DNA of 56,820 nt from an uncultured Woeseia sp. (GCA_964416745.1 CAYQEV010000003.1:1-56820); one strand, 5' to 3'. Shown: positions 38,134-46,818, counted from the stretch's first letter. Notes: generated from the sequence alone by a model not told the origin. Program-made: numbers and translations.

Positions 38134-39402
38134 ATGATAAGAATCTCTGATGTTCTTAATCCTGAGTTTATAAATGCAATTGAATTTGAAGAACAGCCTT
38201 ATTTTATTAAATTTAAACAATATCCAGGACTTAGGATTAAGGTTAATCCCAAAGGAAGAATTTCATATATTACATACGGGAGAATACACTTTGGCGGCAG
38301 GCCAAGGACAGTTACTCATGGAACTACAAAAAACCTAACTATAGATAATGCCCTTGATAAGCATTTTCAATGTTTGAAGTTATTACAGAAAGGTCTTGAT
38401 CCAAATTTAATTAAAAAGAGTAAAACTAAACAATTTACTGCTTCAATGAATTTTTTATATGTTGCAGAAGATTTCATAAAAGACAAAATCGAAAAAAATG
38501 AATATTCCTATGAATTTGCAAGTCATTCATCTAAATACTTATTAAACAATAAGCTTAAATATTTCCATAAAATTAATATTGGACAAATTACTAAAGAAAA
38601 AATAGAAGATTGGTATAACCAAGAAAAAAGAACTCCCGCAGCTAGGCATAATGCACTAAGGCTAATGTCATCAGTGTTTTCATATGCTGGAACGCAGAAC
38701 ATAGTAGAAAAATCATTCAACCCTACAAGCAAAATGTTCAATGAGGGTATGAGCTATCAACCCAAATCAAAAGATATACAATTAAGCCTTGATAATGAAC
38801 TCCCTAACTTTATATATCAAATGTGGGATCCTTTGAATAATAACAAGGTAGATAGATTAAGCAGGAATGCAATTTATTTTATGTTATTCACAGGCATAAA
38901 AAAATCAGATGTATTAAATATGAAATGGAGTCAAATTACAGGTAATAGTTATATATTGATTGAGAAAAAAAACTATAAACAAATGCTACCAATAACACCT
39001 TCAATTGAGCTTGTCTTGAAAGATATACGAGATCATCAAATTAGTAATAAACACCTTATTGGTAATGAGTATTTATTTTTTAATATCAAAACAGGCAAGC
39101 CAATTAATAATTTAAGAAAAACATTCGTGAAATATTCTAAAGATCTCGAATGGACTGTATACCCTGAAGCAATTAGAAAAACTTTCGCTAAGGTTTGTGA
39201 TTATTCATCTATACCAAGAGAACATTTTTACCAGTTATTAGGAATAAAAAAAGCATATAACCCATATCAGTCATATCCAGATAATAAAGACGATATTAAT
39301 AGACTAAAAAAATCATTGATCAATGTGCAAGCAAATATAGATAAAGCAGCACCCATGTTAATTCCTGGACAATTAACTAAAATATCAGATTTTATCTTTT
39401 AG
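38134..39402 (+). CDS. Tyrosine-recombinase (P4-type, DUF4102-like N-terminus) integrase homologue with non-canonical catalytic positions
   Basis: 422 aa. The N-terminus GLRIKVNPKGRISYITYGR..GGRPRTVTHGTTKNLTIDNALDKHFQCLKLLQKGLDPN fits the P4-integrase arm-binding domain pattern. The C-terminal region has FTGIKKSDV (expected TGxRxxE), YPEAIRKTF (expected HxLRHT) and LLGIKKAYNPY (expected LGH...Y). Confidence 0.75.
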   Translation: MIRISDVLNPEFINAIEFEEQPYFIKFKQYPGLRIKVNPKGRISYITYGRIHFGGRPRTVTHGTTKNLTIDNALDKHFQCLKLLQKGLDPNLIKKSKTKQFTASMNFLYVAEDFIKDKIEKNEYSYEFASHSSKYLLNNKLKYFHKINIGQITKEKIEDWYNQEKRTPAARHNALRLMSSVFSYAGTQNIVEKSFNPTSKMFNEGMSYQPKSKDIQLSLDNELPNFIYQMWDPLNNNKVDRLSRNAIYFMLFTGIKKSDVLNMKWSQITGNSYILIEKKNYKQMLPITPSIELVLKDIRDHQISNKHLIGNEYLFFNIKTGKPINNLRKTFVKYSKDLEWTVYPEAIRKTFAKVCDYSSIPREHFYQLLGIKKAYNPYQSYPDNKDDINRLKKSLINVQANIDKAAPMLIPGQLTKISDFIF

Positions 39403-39411
39403 CGTACTTTA

Positions 39412-39423
39412 AGTATGCTATAT
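39412..39423. repeat. Inner direct repeat copy 2 (AGTATGCTATAT), 9 nt after the integrase stop
   Basis: Read directly. Identical 12-mer at 38120-38131. Confidence 0.85.
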
Positions 39424-39475
39424 CATATATACTTTTATAAAAAATTATATATTATTGAAATATAAAGGTAAAATA

Positions 39476-39488
39476 ATAGAACATAATA
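39476..39488. repeat. Outer direct repeat copy 2 (ATAGAACATAATA); 5 nt from the adhC stop
   Basis: Read directly. Identical 13-mer at 38027-38039. Confidence 0.85.
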
Positions 39489-39493
39489 AAATA

Positions 39494-40600
39494 TTAAAAT
39501 TCTATAACTGACCTTATTGATTTGCCTTCATGCATTAAATGAAACGCGTCATTTATTTTTTCTAAAGGCATTTTATGAGTTATCAGATCATCAATATTAA
39601 TTTTGCCATCCATATACCAATCAACAATTTTAGGAACATCAGTTCGTCCTCTGGCACCACCAAAGGCCGTACCCCTCCATACCCTGCCTGTTACCAGTTG
39701 AAATGGTCTAGTTGATATTTCTTGACCAGCTCCAGCGACACCTATAATCACTGACTCTCCCCATCCTTTATGGCAGCATTCCAGAGCTTGTCTCATGGTT
39801 TCTACATTACCTATACATTCGAATGAGTAATCTGCCCCACCATTGGTGAGATCTAATATATTTTCAACTATATCACTTGTAGTTTTAGGGTTTATAAAGT
39901 CAGTCATACCAAATTTTCTAGCTAACTCAACCTTATCCTCATTAATATCAATGCCAATTATTTTATTGGCTCCAACCATATTTGCTCCTTGGATTACATT
40001 AAGGCCTATGCCACCCAATCCAAATATGACAACATTTGAACCGGCTTCAACTTTTGCATCAAAAACAACAGCCCCTATACCAGTAGTGACACCACAACCT
40101 ATATAACAAACTTTATCAAAGGGAGCATCTTCTCTAATTTTGGCAACAGCAATTTCTGGTAATACGGTGTAGTTTGAGAATGTTGAGCAACCCATATAAT
40201 GAAATATTTCTTTGCCGTTAAGAGAAAATCTAGAGCTTCCATCAGGCATTAGACCTTGTCCTTGAGTTTCTCTAATGGACTGGCATAAATTAGTTTTAGG
40301 GTTTAGACAAAAGTCACATTCACGACATTCCGGTGTGTACAAGGGAATCACATGGTCGCCCGGCTTTACGCTGGTTACGCCTGAGCCAACTTCTACAACT
40401 ACACCAGCTCCTTCATGTCCAAGGACTGAAGGAAATATACCTTCGGGATCATCTCCAGAGAGTGTAAATGCATCAGTATGACAAACACCAGTTGCTTTTA
40501 CCTCAATAAGAACCTCATTTTCTTTCGGACCATCTAAATCTATTTCTTCAATAACTAAATCTTCAGCAGCGTTTAGTGCTAAGGCAGCTTTTGTTTTCAT
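39494..40600 (-). CDS. adhC: S-(hydroxymethyl)glutathione dehydrogenase / class III alcohol dehydrogenase
   Basis: The ATG at 40600 ([11 protein letters not shown]..) is preceded by GGGAGAAG. The track TTG at 40612 is a likely over-extension. Motifs [43 protein letters not shown]. Collinear with FrmA/AdhC. Confidence 0.93.
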   Translation of the reverse strand: MKTKAALALNAAEDLVIEEIDLDGPKENEVLIEVKATGVCHTDAFTLSGDDPEGIFPSVLGHEGAGVVVEVGSGVTSVKPGDHVIPLYTPECRECDFCLNPKTNLCQSIRETQGQGLMPDGSSRFSLNGKEIFHYMGCSTFSNYTVLPEIAVAKIREDAPFDKVCYIGCGVTTGIGAVVFDAKVEAGSNVVIFGLGGIGLNVIQGANMVGANKIIGIDINEDKVELARKFGMTDFINPKTTSDIVENILDLTNGGADYSFECIGNVETMRQALECCHKGWGESVIIGVAGAGQEISTRPFQLVTGRVWRGTAFGGARGRTDVPKIVDWYMDGKINIDDLITHKMPLEKINDAFHLMHEGKSIRSVIEF

Positions 40601-40642
40601 ATCTTCTCCCAAATAACTTTATAGACTAAGCATATCAGTATG

Positions 40643-40659
40643 ATATTGATAATCAATAT
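40643..40659. promoter_or_regulatory. 17-bp palindrome ATATTGAT-A-ATCAATAT in the divergent adhC/UbiD intergenic region (candidate operator)
   Basis: Read directly. 8-bp arms around a single central base, 43 nt from the adhC ATG and 66 nt from the UbiD ATG. The AT-rich context weakens significance. Confidence 0.35.
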
Positions 40660-40724
40660 TCTAGGTATTAGATTATTATTGATGCCTATTGTAAGCTATC
40701 ACCTCAAATTAATTTAAATTAAAC

Positions 40725-42119
40725 ATGCATAGATCCTTTAGAGAAATTGTTAACATCCTTGATAAAAAAGGGAGCCTCATACATATCAAAAAAGAGGTTA
40801 ATCCTAAATTTGAAATGCCAGGAATAATGAAAAAACTAGAGCAGGAAGGTAAGGCGTTTATATTCGAAAACATTAAAGGCTCAAACTATAAAGCAGTTGG
40901 CGGAATATTTACTTCCATGGATCGTTATGGGTTAATTTTTAATGAAGACGCTAGTGAAAGCTTCACATATGATCAAGCCGGTAAAAAAGTTCAACAAGGA
41001 ATATCTAATCCTATTCCTTATATTCAAAATGACACAGGCCCCATAACAGAAAACATATTAACCAATGATGAAATTAATTTATTGGACTTACCTGTGCCTA
41101 CATTTTTTGAGCTAGATACAGGACCATTTATTACAGCAGCAGTAGGTATTTTCAAAAAACCAGGAGGTGAAATTAATGTTGGTTTTTATCGATGCCTGAT
41201 TGTTGACGAGAAACACATATTAATTAATGCTAGCGGCCTGAGCGACCTACGTAAAAGCTATAATTGGCATCGCGAAAACAATAAAGAAATGAAAGTCGCT
41301 ATGGTTTTGGGTGCGCCCCCAGCCTTATTAATGGCTGCTGCTTCAAAATCACCAGAACATATTTCGGAACTGGATGTGGCCGGTGGAATTATAGGGGATG
41401 GGGTTAAAGTAGTGTTGGGCCCTAAAACTGGATTACCTATTCCAGCTGATGCTGAGATGGTCATTGAAACCGTCGTTGATCTCGACAATATGGTGGAAAA
41501 TACGTTGGGTGAGTTTGGTGCACAGTATGGAACTGAAACAGCGCCGATGTGTAAGGTCACATCAATTCTTAAGCGGAACAATGCAATGTTTTATTCATTA
41601 ATGGCTGGCAGAGCCAAGGAACATAACAATTTAGGTTATCTAACTGTTTATGGAATGTCGGAAATGATTAAACAGAAAATTAAAGAGGTTTTTTCATTTG
41701 TTACTGATGTGGTGGTTCATTTTGATACTAAGATAGGCCCACTAATGCATCTTGTTATTGCTATTAAGAAATCATCAGATTTGCAACCGAAAGAGGTTAT
41801 TAATGAAGTGTTTAATATTAACATGGGATTTTTCAATTTATCCTGGATGGCTAAACGGGTAATTATTGTTGATGACGATGTAGACCCATCTAATATGGAT
41901 GATGTTGAATGGGCAACATGGACAAGAATGGGTCGGGCAGAAAAAGTTTATTTATTTTCAGATTTTATTACTTGGGAAATTGATAGAGCAGCATTGCCAG
42001 ACAAAACTTCATTAAGGGTTGGAATAGATGCAACAAAAGACATGGAACAGGTTGATGATTTAGTTAGGCCTGTTGTTCCGGGGATTGATAATATAAATCT
42101 AGATGATTACATTAGTTAA
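40725..42119 (+). CDS. UbiD-family (prFMN-dependent) reversible decarboxylase
   Basis: 464 aa. UbiD-like layout with the acidic motif VENTLGEFGAQYG (compare EGPFGE in characterised members, from memory). No ubiX in the window. Confidence 0.8.
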   Translation: MHRSFREIVNILDKKGSLIHIKKEVNPKFEMPGIMKKLEQEGKAFIFENIKGSNYKAVGGIFTSMDRYGLIFNEDASESFTYDQAGKKVQQGISNPIPYIQNDTGPITENILTNDEINLLDLPVPTFFELDTGPFITAAVGIFKKPGGEINVGFYRCLIVDEKHILINASGLSDLRKSYNWHRENNKEMKVAMVLGAPPALLMAAASKSPEHISELDVAGGIIGDGVKVVLGPKTGLPIPADAEMVIETVVDLDNMVENTLGEFGAQYGTETAPMCKVTSILKRNNAMFYSLMAGRAKEHNNLGYLTVYGMSEMIKQKIKEVFSFVTDVVVHFDTKIGPLMHLVIAIKKSSDLQPKEVINEVFNINMGFFNLSWMAKRVIIVDDDVDPSNMDDVEWATWTRMGRAEKVYLFSDFITWEIDRAALPDKTSLRVGIDATKDMEQVDDLVRPVVPGIDNINLDDYIS

Positions 42120-42140
42120 TTATAAAAGAGGGTATTAATA

Positions 42141-43196
42141 ATGGATCCATATTTAGCGGTAGGACTCCAAACTAAGATCAAGCACGTCACATCTCGCCAA
42201 GAAGTGAGTAGAAACTTAAACCATATTGGCAACATGATAGATATGGTAACTCACATGTGCTCTTTAGAGCTTCCTGTTAGGCTTATTGCTCTAGGGGAGG
42301 GGGCAATTCAGGGTTTTGTTGATGAAATAATGGATTTGGATCAAGCTGACTACGCTAAGAATATGGCAGCCGAGATTCCAGGGTTTGAAACTGATTTCTT
42401 GGGTAAATACGCTAAGAGTAAAAATACTTTTATTATTGGGCAACTAAAAGAAAAATTACCAGATTACCCAGATCGTTTCTTCAATACAGTTTTTATTATT
42501 GATGACAATGGAGATGTTATTTATAAACACCATAAAAACATTGTTGTCTTTGTTGAACACTCGACAACGCCTCACGATGTTTATGATCAATGGATTGAGC
42601 AACACGGAGATAGCCTTGAAGCGTTTTTCCCTGTTGCCAAGACCAAGATTGGCAATATAGCAGGCACGGTTGGTGTAGAGGGTTCTTTTCCAGAATCATT
42701 CAGAGCATTTGCTATGAATGGAGCAGAAATTCTTTATCGAGCGTCATTGCCGGAGCCATGGGTTTCAAGAGAAATCTTTGAGGTTCAAAATCGTTCCAGA
42801 GCAATTGACAATACCTGTTATATGGTTGCACCTAATTCTGGGTCACTGATTATGCCTGGAAACGAAGGCGAGGACCCAACAGTGATTGATGGTGCTCTCG
42901 GTGGTTGCTCCTCAATTATTGATTATAAGGGGACAGTTTTAGCCCATAACCAAATCGTGGGCGACAGTTATGTCGCATCTGAAATTAATATTGATGCACT
43001 TCGATACTATAGAGAAAATGCAAAGTTTCAAAATTGGATTCCCTACTTGAAGACCGAGATTTATAGAAAAATATATGATCAAGAAATATGGCCAAAAAAC
43101 CTACCTCCAATGAATCATGAAGATGCTGGAGAAGTCTTTAAAAAGACAATCAAAAAGCTTATTGAGTCTGGGGTATACACCCCAAGAAATAAGTAA
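42141..43196 (+). CDS. Carbon-nitrogen hydrolase (amidase/nitrilase superfamily) paralogue lacking the nucleophile cysteine
   Basis: 351 aa. Roughly one-third identical by eye to the 45560-46702 protein along its whole length. Glu (ALGEGA) and Lys (YKHHKN) positions are kept, but the nucleophile elbow reads GTVGVEGSFPE where the paralogue has TLICAEGSYPE. 21 nt downstream of the UbiD gene. Confidence 0.75.
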   Translation: MDPYLAVGLQTKIKHVTSRQEVSRNLNHIGNMIDMVTHMCSLELPVRLIALGEGAIQGFVDEIMDLDQADYAKNMAAEIPGFETDFLGKYAKSKNTFIIGQLKEKLPDYPDRFFNTVFIIDDNGDVIYKHHKNIVVFVEHSTTPHDVYDQWIEQHGDSLEAFFPVAKTKIGNIAGTVGVEGSFPESFRAFAMNGAEILYRASLPEPWVSREIFEVQNRSRAIDNTCYMVAPNSGSLIMPGNEGEDPTVIDGALGGCSSIIDYKGTVLAHNQIVGDSYVASEINIDALRYYRENAKFQNWIPYLKTEIYRKIYDQEIWPKNLPPMNHEDAGEVFKKTIKKLIESGVYTPRNK

Positions 43197-43200
43197 ATCC

Positions 43201-43635
43201 TTAAGAAATTATTAGTCGCATTAGCACCATCTCTACTGCTATTTTATCTACATCTTGTCTTATAGGCCTACCTTGCTTATAACCCACTTCAGCAAAAAAA
43301 CCAGAAACCCTGCTGTGCTTACAAATTGCCTCAAGTTGATCTGCAATTAATTTATTATCCTCAAACTCAACATCAATCTTAGCTTCAATCATGTTACCTT
43401 TATATAAGAGCTTTATTTTTTCTAAATTGACTAGGTTTCTCCACCAAATAAATGGTCGATCTGTTATGCAGCTAAGTCTACCTTCTGGGTTTTCAAGATA
43501 ACTAACAGGAATGGCATAATCTTTTCCAGTTTTAACCCCCTTAAAATATAAGACAACTACATTTGCACTTATTAATCCATGTAAGAATGAATTTGCTATC
43601 GCAATCGTAATTGGGTTTATCAGTTTCCAGAACAT
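43201..43635 (-). CDS. Small DUF385-like (deazaflavin-dependent nitroreductase/quinone reductase fold family) protein
   Basis: 144 aa. Pattern ..VVVLYFKGVKTGKDYAIPVSY...IWWRNLVN..KIKLLYKG.. resembles the DUF385/split-barrel family. Weak assignment. Confidence 0.45.
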   Translation of the reverse strand: MFWKLINPITIAIANSFLHGLISANVVVLYFKGVKTGKDYAIPVSYLENPEGRLSCITDRPFIWWRNLVNLEKIKLLYKGNMIEAKIDVEFEDNKLIADQLEAICKHSRVSGFFAEVGYKQGRPIRQDVDKIAVEMVLMRLIIS

Positions 43636-43656
43636 AAAAATTATTATAACTGGATT

Positions 43657-45543
43657 TTATAACATTAACTGTTCGTTGACTGCTCGATCAGCAGCATCTA
43701 TAGCGCCAATAAGATAAGCGTAAGCCGAGGCATCTGAGTTAGCTATTGAAATACGTCCAATTTGTGCTCGGCCAGCAATGTGCGGCCCATTGCTTGGGCT
43801 GAATTCCACAGGATCAGAATAATCAAGATATTCGTAGGCATAACCATGTGGCCATCGATTAACTGTAATTGCTGCTATGTCTTGCTCTGCATCAAATCCA
43901 CCGTCACGCAGTGCACCACTCATTTGGCTAACAATGTTTTTCTCAAAATCATCAAAACTCATTTCATATAACCTAGTTCTTCCAGCTATACATTGCTCTC
44001 GAGCATTCAGCCCTTTATCCGGGTCTAGGGGTACATGAGTACCATGAATAACAGTCGGCTCGTCTGGATTTTGGGTGAAATTGTAACCTCCCATACTGAC
44101 TGGAAAATCAAGACCAAACGAATGCATTAAACTGGGTTGTGGGATATAGAAACTTCGGTATCCAAGATTTGAGAATGCATTCCAATTCCTAACAGCAACA
44201 CTGATATACACTAACGGCATTTTTGTGGCATAAGCAATGGCTTCCTTCTGTGCATCAGGCACCTCGGGACAAATATCTGGAATAATATTGTTGTAGCATG
44301 CCATGATCACATGGGCTCCTCTCACTCGATATGGGCTTCCATCCTTGATATAAGTAACATCGACTGACTTCTCACTTGGCGTATGCTCTACTTTAACAGC
44401 CGTAGAGTTTAATCTGATACGAACCTTTAATGAGTCCAAATCAAGCCCGGCATAATCAACTCTTGCTTTCACAAGATCTTCCATGGTTGTACCTGAAATA
44501 GCGCTAGGTATTAACTCACGGACAATTGATCGAGCAAACCCTGCATTACCATCTGGAAAATGAAAAATATAAGGCTCATCCCTCTCATAGCTTTGTTCGG
44601 CTATTTTGAGGTTAAGACCCAGTGTTCCAGGCATATCTGATTTATAGGCATCCAAAGCAGATAATGCATCCCACCCTATGCCCCATAGACCTCGAGACAT
44701 ATCTCTGTAGAGCAATACAACCTCTTCAGAAACATTGACGTATTTTCTTAAAAAATCACTATAACTTGTTTGTCTAAGCAGATTAATTTTATCCTCTTGA
44801 GACCCCATCCCTAGGAGGTAATTCTCTGTTTGACTCAGTAATTTAATCAGAGCAGTTTTTGAAGCTTCAGCAATAGGGTAGGCATTAATAAGGTCAATGA
44901 TCTCCTGTTCATTATCTTTTATTTTGGCTCCCAAAATATTATCTGATACATAATCTTTGCCATATTGATCACGACTGAAATACAGACCACGACCTAGTTT
45001 TCGATCTTTGAAATAATTACGATCAAAATAATCATAAAAACGCTCGGTGTGAACCCCTACATCTTTGAGTAGTTTCTTCCCTACAGGAGACCAACTGCTT
45101 GGGTCAGCGATAGATTGACTGCCTCCATAGCCAATCAGTTGCTTGCCATCAACAGTGAACTCATTACGTTTTGCATGACCCCCAAAATCATCATGATTAT
45201 CTAAAATTAATATTCTTGAATTCTTCCCATGACGTTGCTTGTAGAGATACGCTGCCGATAGACCTGAAATACCTCCTCCAACAATCACAAGATCATAATC
45301 ACGATCAGTCTGATCAGTAGGCTCTGTCCAACGTGCACCATTTCTAGCCAGGGCGTGTGCAACTTCAAATGAACCAGGATGACTGCCTCGCATACCGATG
45401 AGTTCAGGTGGATATAATGCATCAGCACTGGATTGATGACTCATGGCGAGTAGTTCAAGAGGTGATAATGCAGTGCCTGCAGTCAAACTCATAGCTACAC
45501 CGTTCATAAAATCACGCCGCGTAATGTTTAACTTTTTAGTCAT
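43657..45543 (-). CDS. Tat-exported FAD-dependent amine oxidoreductase, spermidine-dehydrogenase (SpdH)-like
   Basis: 628 aa. Twin-arginine signal ITRRDFMNGVAMSLTAGTALS, dinucleotide fold YDLVIVGGGISGLSAAY, and size and layout like Pseudomonas SpdH as remembered. Confidence 0.65.
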   Translation of the reverse strand: MTKKLNITRRDFMNGVAMSLTAGTALSPLELLAMSHQSSADALYPPELIGMRGSHPGSFEVAHALARNGARWTEPTDQTDRDYDLVIVGGGISGLSAAYLYKQRHGKNSRILILDNHDDFGGHAKRNEFTVDGKQLIGYGGSQSIADPSSWSPVGKKLLKDVGVHTERFYDYFDRNYFKDRKLGRGLYFSRDQYGKDYVSDNILGAKIKDNEQEIIDLINAYPIAEASKTALIKLLSQTENYLLGMGSQEDKINLLRQTSYSDFLRKYVNVSEEVVLLYRDMSRGLWGIGWDALSALDAYKSDMPGTLGLNLKIAEQSYERDEPYIFHFPDGNAGFARSIVRELIPSAISGTTMEDLVKARVDYAGLDLDSLKVRIRLNSTAVKVEHTPSEKSVDVTYIKDGSPYRVRGAHVIMACYNNIIPDICPEVPDAQKEAIAYATKMPLVYISVAVRNWNAFSNLGYRSFYIPQPSLMHSFGLDFPVSMGGYNFTQNPDEPTVIHGTHVPLDPDKGLNAREQCIAGRTRLYEMSFDDFEKNIVSQMSGALRDGGFDAEQDIAAITVNRWPHGYAYEYLDYSDPVEFSPSNGPHIAGRAQIGRISIANSDASAYAYLIGAIDAADRAVNEQLML

Positions 45544-45559
45544 TCTCTAAATCTGACCA

Positions 45560-46702
45560 TTAACTAATATCTTTTGCTTTATCGATACGGCTTTGAACTG
45601 ATTCACTAACTTCATAAGGTTCCCAGTTATCTGGGGGCGAATACACCCCCATTTTGACCATTTTGTTCACTTGATGTTTAACTAATTCCAATTGATCTTC
45701 TTCTGTAAATGGCGGTTCGTCCATACATAAATTCCTAGGGTAAATACCTCCTTTTGCCATCATTGCATCGTAGATCACTTTATATTCCTCAACTCTCATA
45801 TCTTTTGCTAAATTTTGCCACTGCCCCCTTACGCGAAAATCTCTCAAACCATCAATATTAATGATGCCGCTAACAAGAGCCTCGCCTCCACCTAAATATT
45901 CAGAAATAATTTGTCCACGATAGTCAATAATTTGGCTACGACCATTGCTCATTTTAAAGTCATCCATTCCGGGCATATATATGCCTCCGATATTTGGAGC
46001 AAGCACATAACATGTATTAAAAATAGCATGTGATTGATTTTGAATTTGGTTCATTTTATTACCCATCCATGGTTCAGGGTATTGAGATCGATATATAACT
46101 TCAGCTCCATTTAAAGCTAACCCCCTGGCAGCTTCTGGGTAACTACCCTCAGCACAAATCAATGTTCCAATATTACCGATTTCAGTTTTAGCAACTGGAT
46201 AAAGAACATCAAGAAGTTTTTCTGGATCATCACCATATTTCTCTAAATACAGGTTCCATATATCACTTGGGGCAGTATTTGTTTCTCTTTGATAAAAAGA
46301 CGTTTTTATATGTTGGTGTATCACGTCACCATTAGGGTCAATCATAAAGGCTATATTGAATATTCTGTCTTTCATCAAATCAGGAGCTTTGGCGATCATT
46401 TGGGCAATAAGATAAATATTAAACTCTTTACATATAGCCCCCAGAAATTCTGTTTCTTTACCTGGAATTTCTGGCACCACTTCTCTAGAAATACGAATAT
46501 GCTCATCACCTCCGCCTAGACACCAACCACCTATTCCGCCCTCAGAAACCGAAACTAATCTTACAGGTAGGTCTAGGCTGCAGTTCCATACTGCATAACC
46601 AATGCTGGTTTGAAGACGTTCAAGGTCTTTCCAATAGTCATCAATGCTTGTCGCCATATGCGACTCATTTTGTATACCCACAGCGGTATATTGAAGTGTC
46701 AT
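45560..46702 (-). CDS. Carbon-nitrogen hydrolase (aliphatic amidase-like), catalytic triad intact
   Basis: 380 aa. Glu in SVSEGG, Lys in HQHIKT, Cys in GTLICAEGSYPE (compare AmiE IICDDGNYPE, from memory). C-terminal ~60-aa extension. Confidence 0.78.
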   Translation of the reverse strand: MTLQYTAVGIQNESHMATSIDDYWKDLERLQTSIGYAVWNCSLDLPVRLVSVSEGGIGGWCLGGGDEHIRISREVVPEIPGKETEFLGAICKEFNIYLIAQMIAKAPDLMKDRIFNIAFMIDPNGDVIHQHIKTSFYQRETNTAPSDIWNLYLEKYGDDPEKLLDVLYPVAKTEIGNIGTLICAEGSYPEAARGLALNGAEVIYRSQYPEPWMGNKMNQIQNQSHAIFNTCYVLAPNIGGIYMPGMDDFKMSNGRSQIIDYRGQIISEYLGGGEALVSGIINIDGLRDFRVRGQWQNLAKDMRVEEYKVIYDAMMAKGGIYPRNLCMDEPPFTEEDQLELVKHQVNKMVKMGVYSPPDNWEPYEVSESVQSRIDKAKDIS

Positions 46703-46818
46703 AATTTACCCCTTAGCTGAATTACTAAAAATAATCTCTTTAACTTGTTACTATTTGTTCTTTATTTATAAACAATATTATAGTCCTTAATCAATCTACA
46801 AATCCAAATGAGGTTTCA

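Larger units (their letters stand above)
38027..39488 (+). mobile_element. Integrase-only islet delimited by 13-bp direct repeats (remnant or minimal integrative element)
   Basis: ATAGAACATAATA occurs at 38027-38039 and 39476-39488. The interior is visibly more AT-rich than both flanks and holds one integrase-like ORF. It lies between the 3' ends of convergent genes. Confidence 0.6.
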
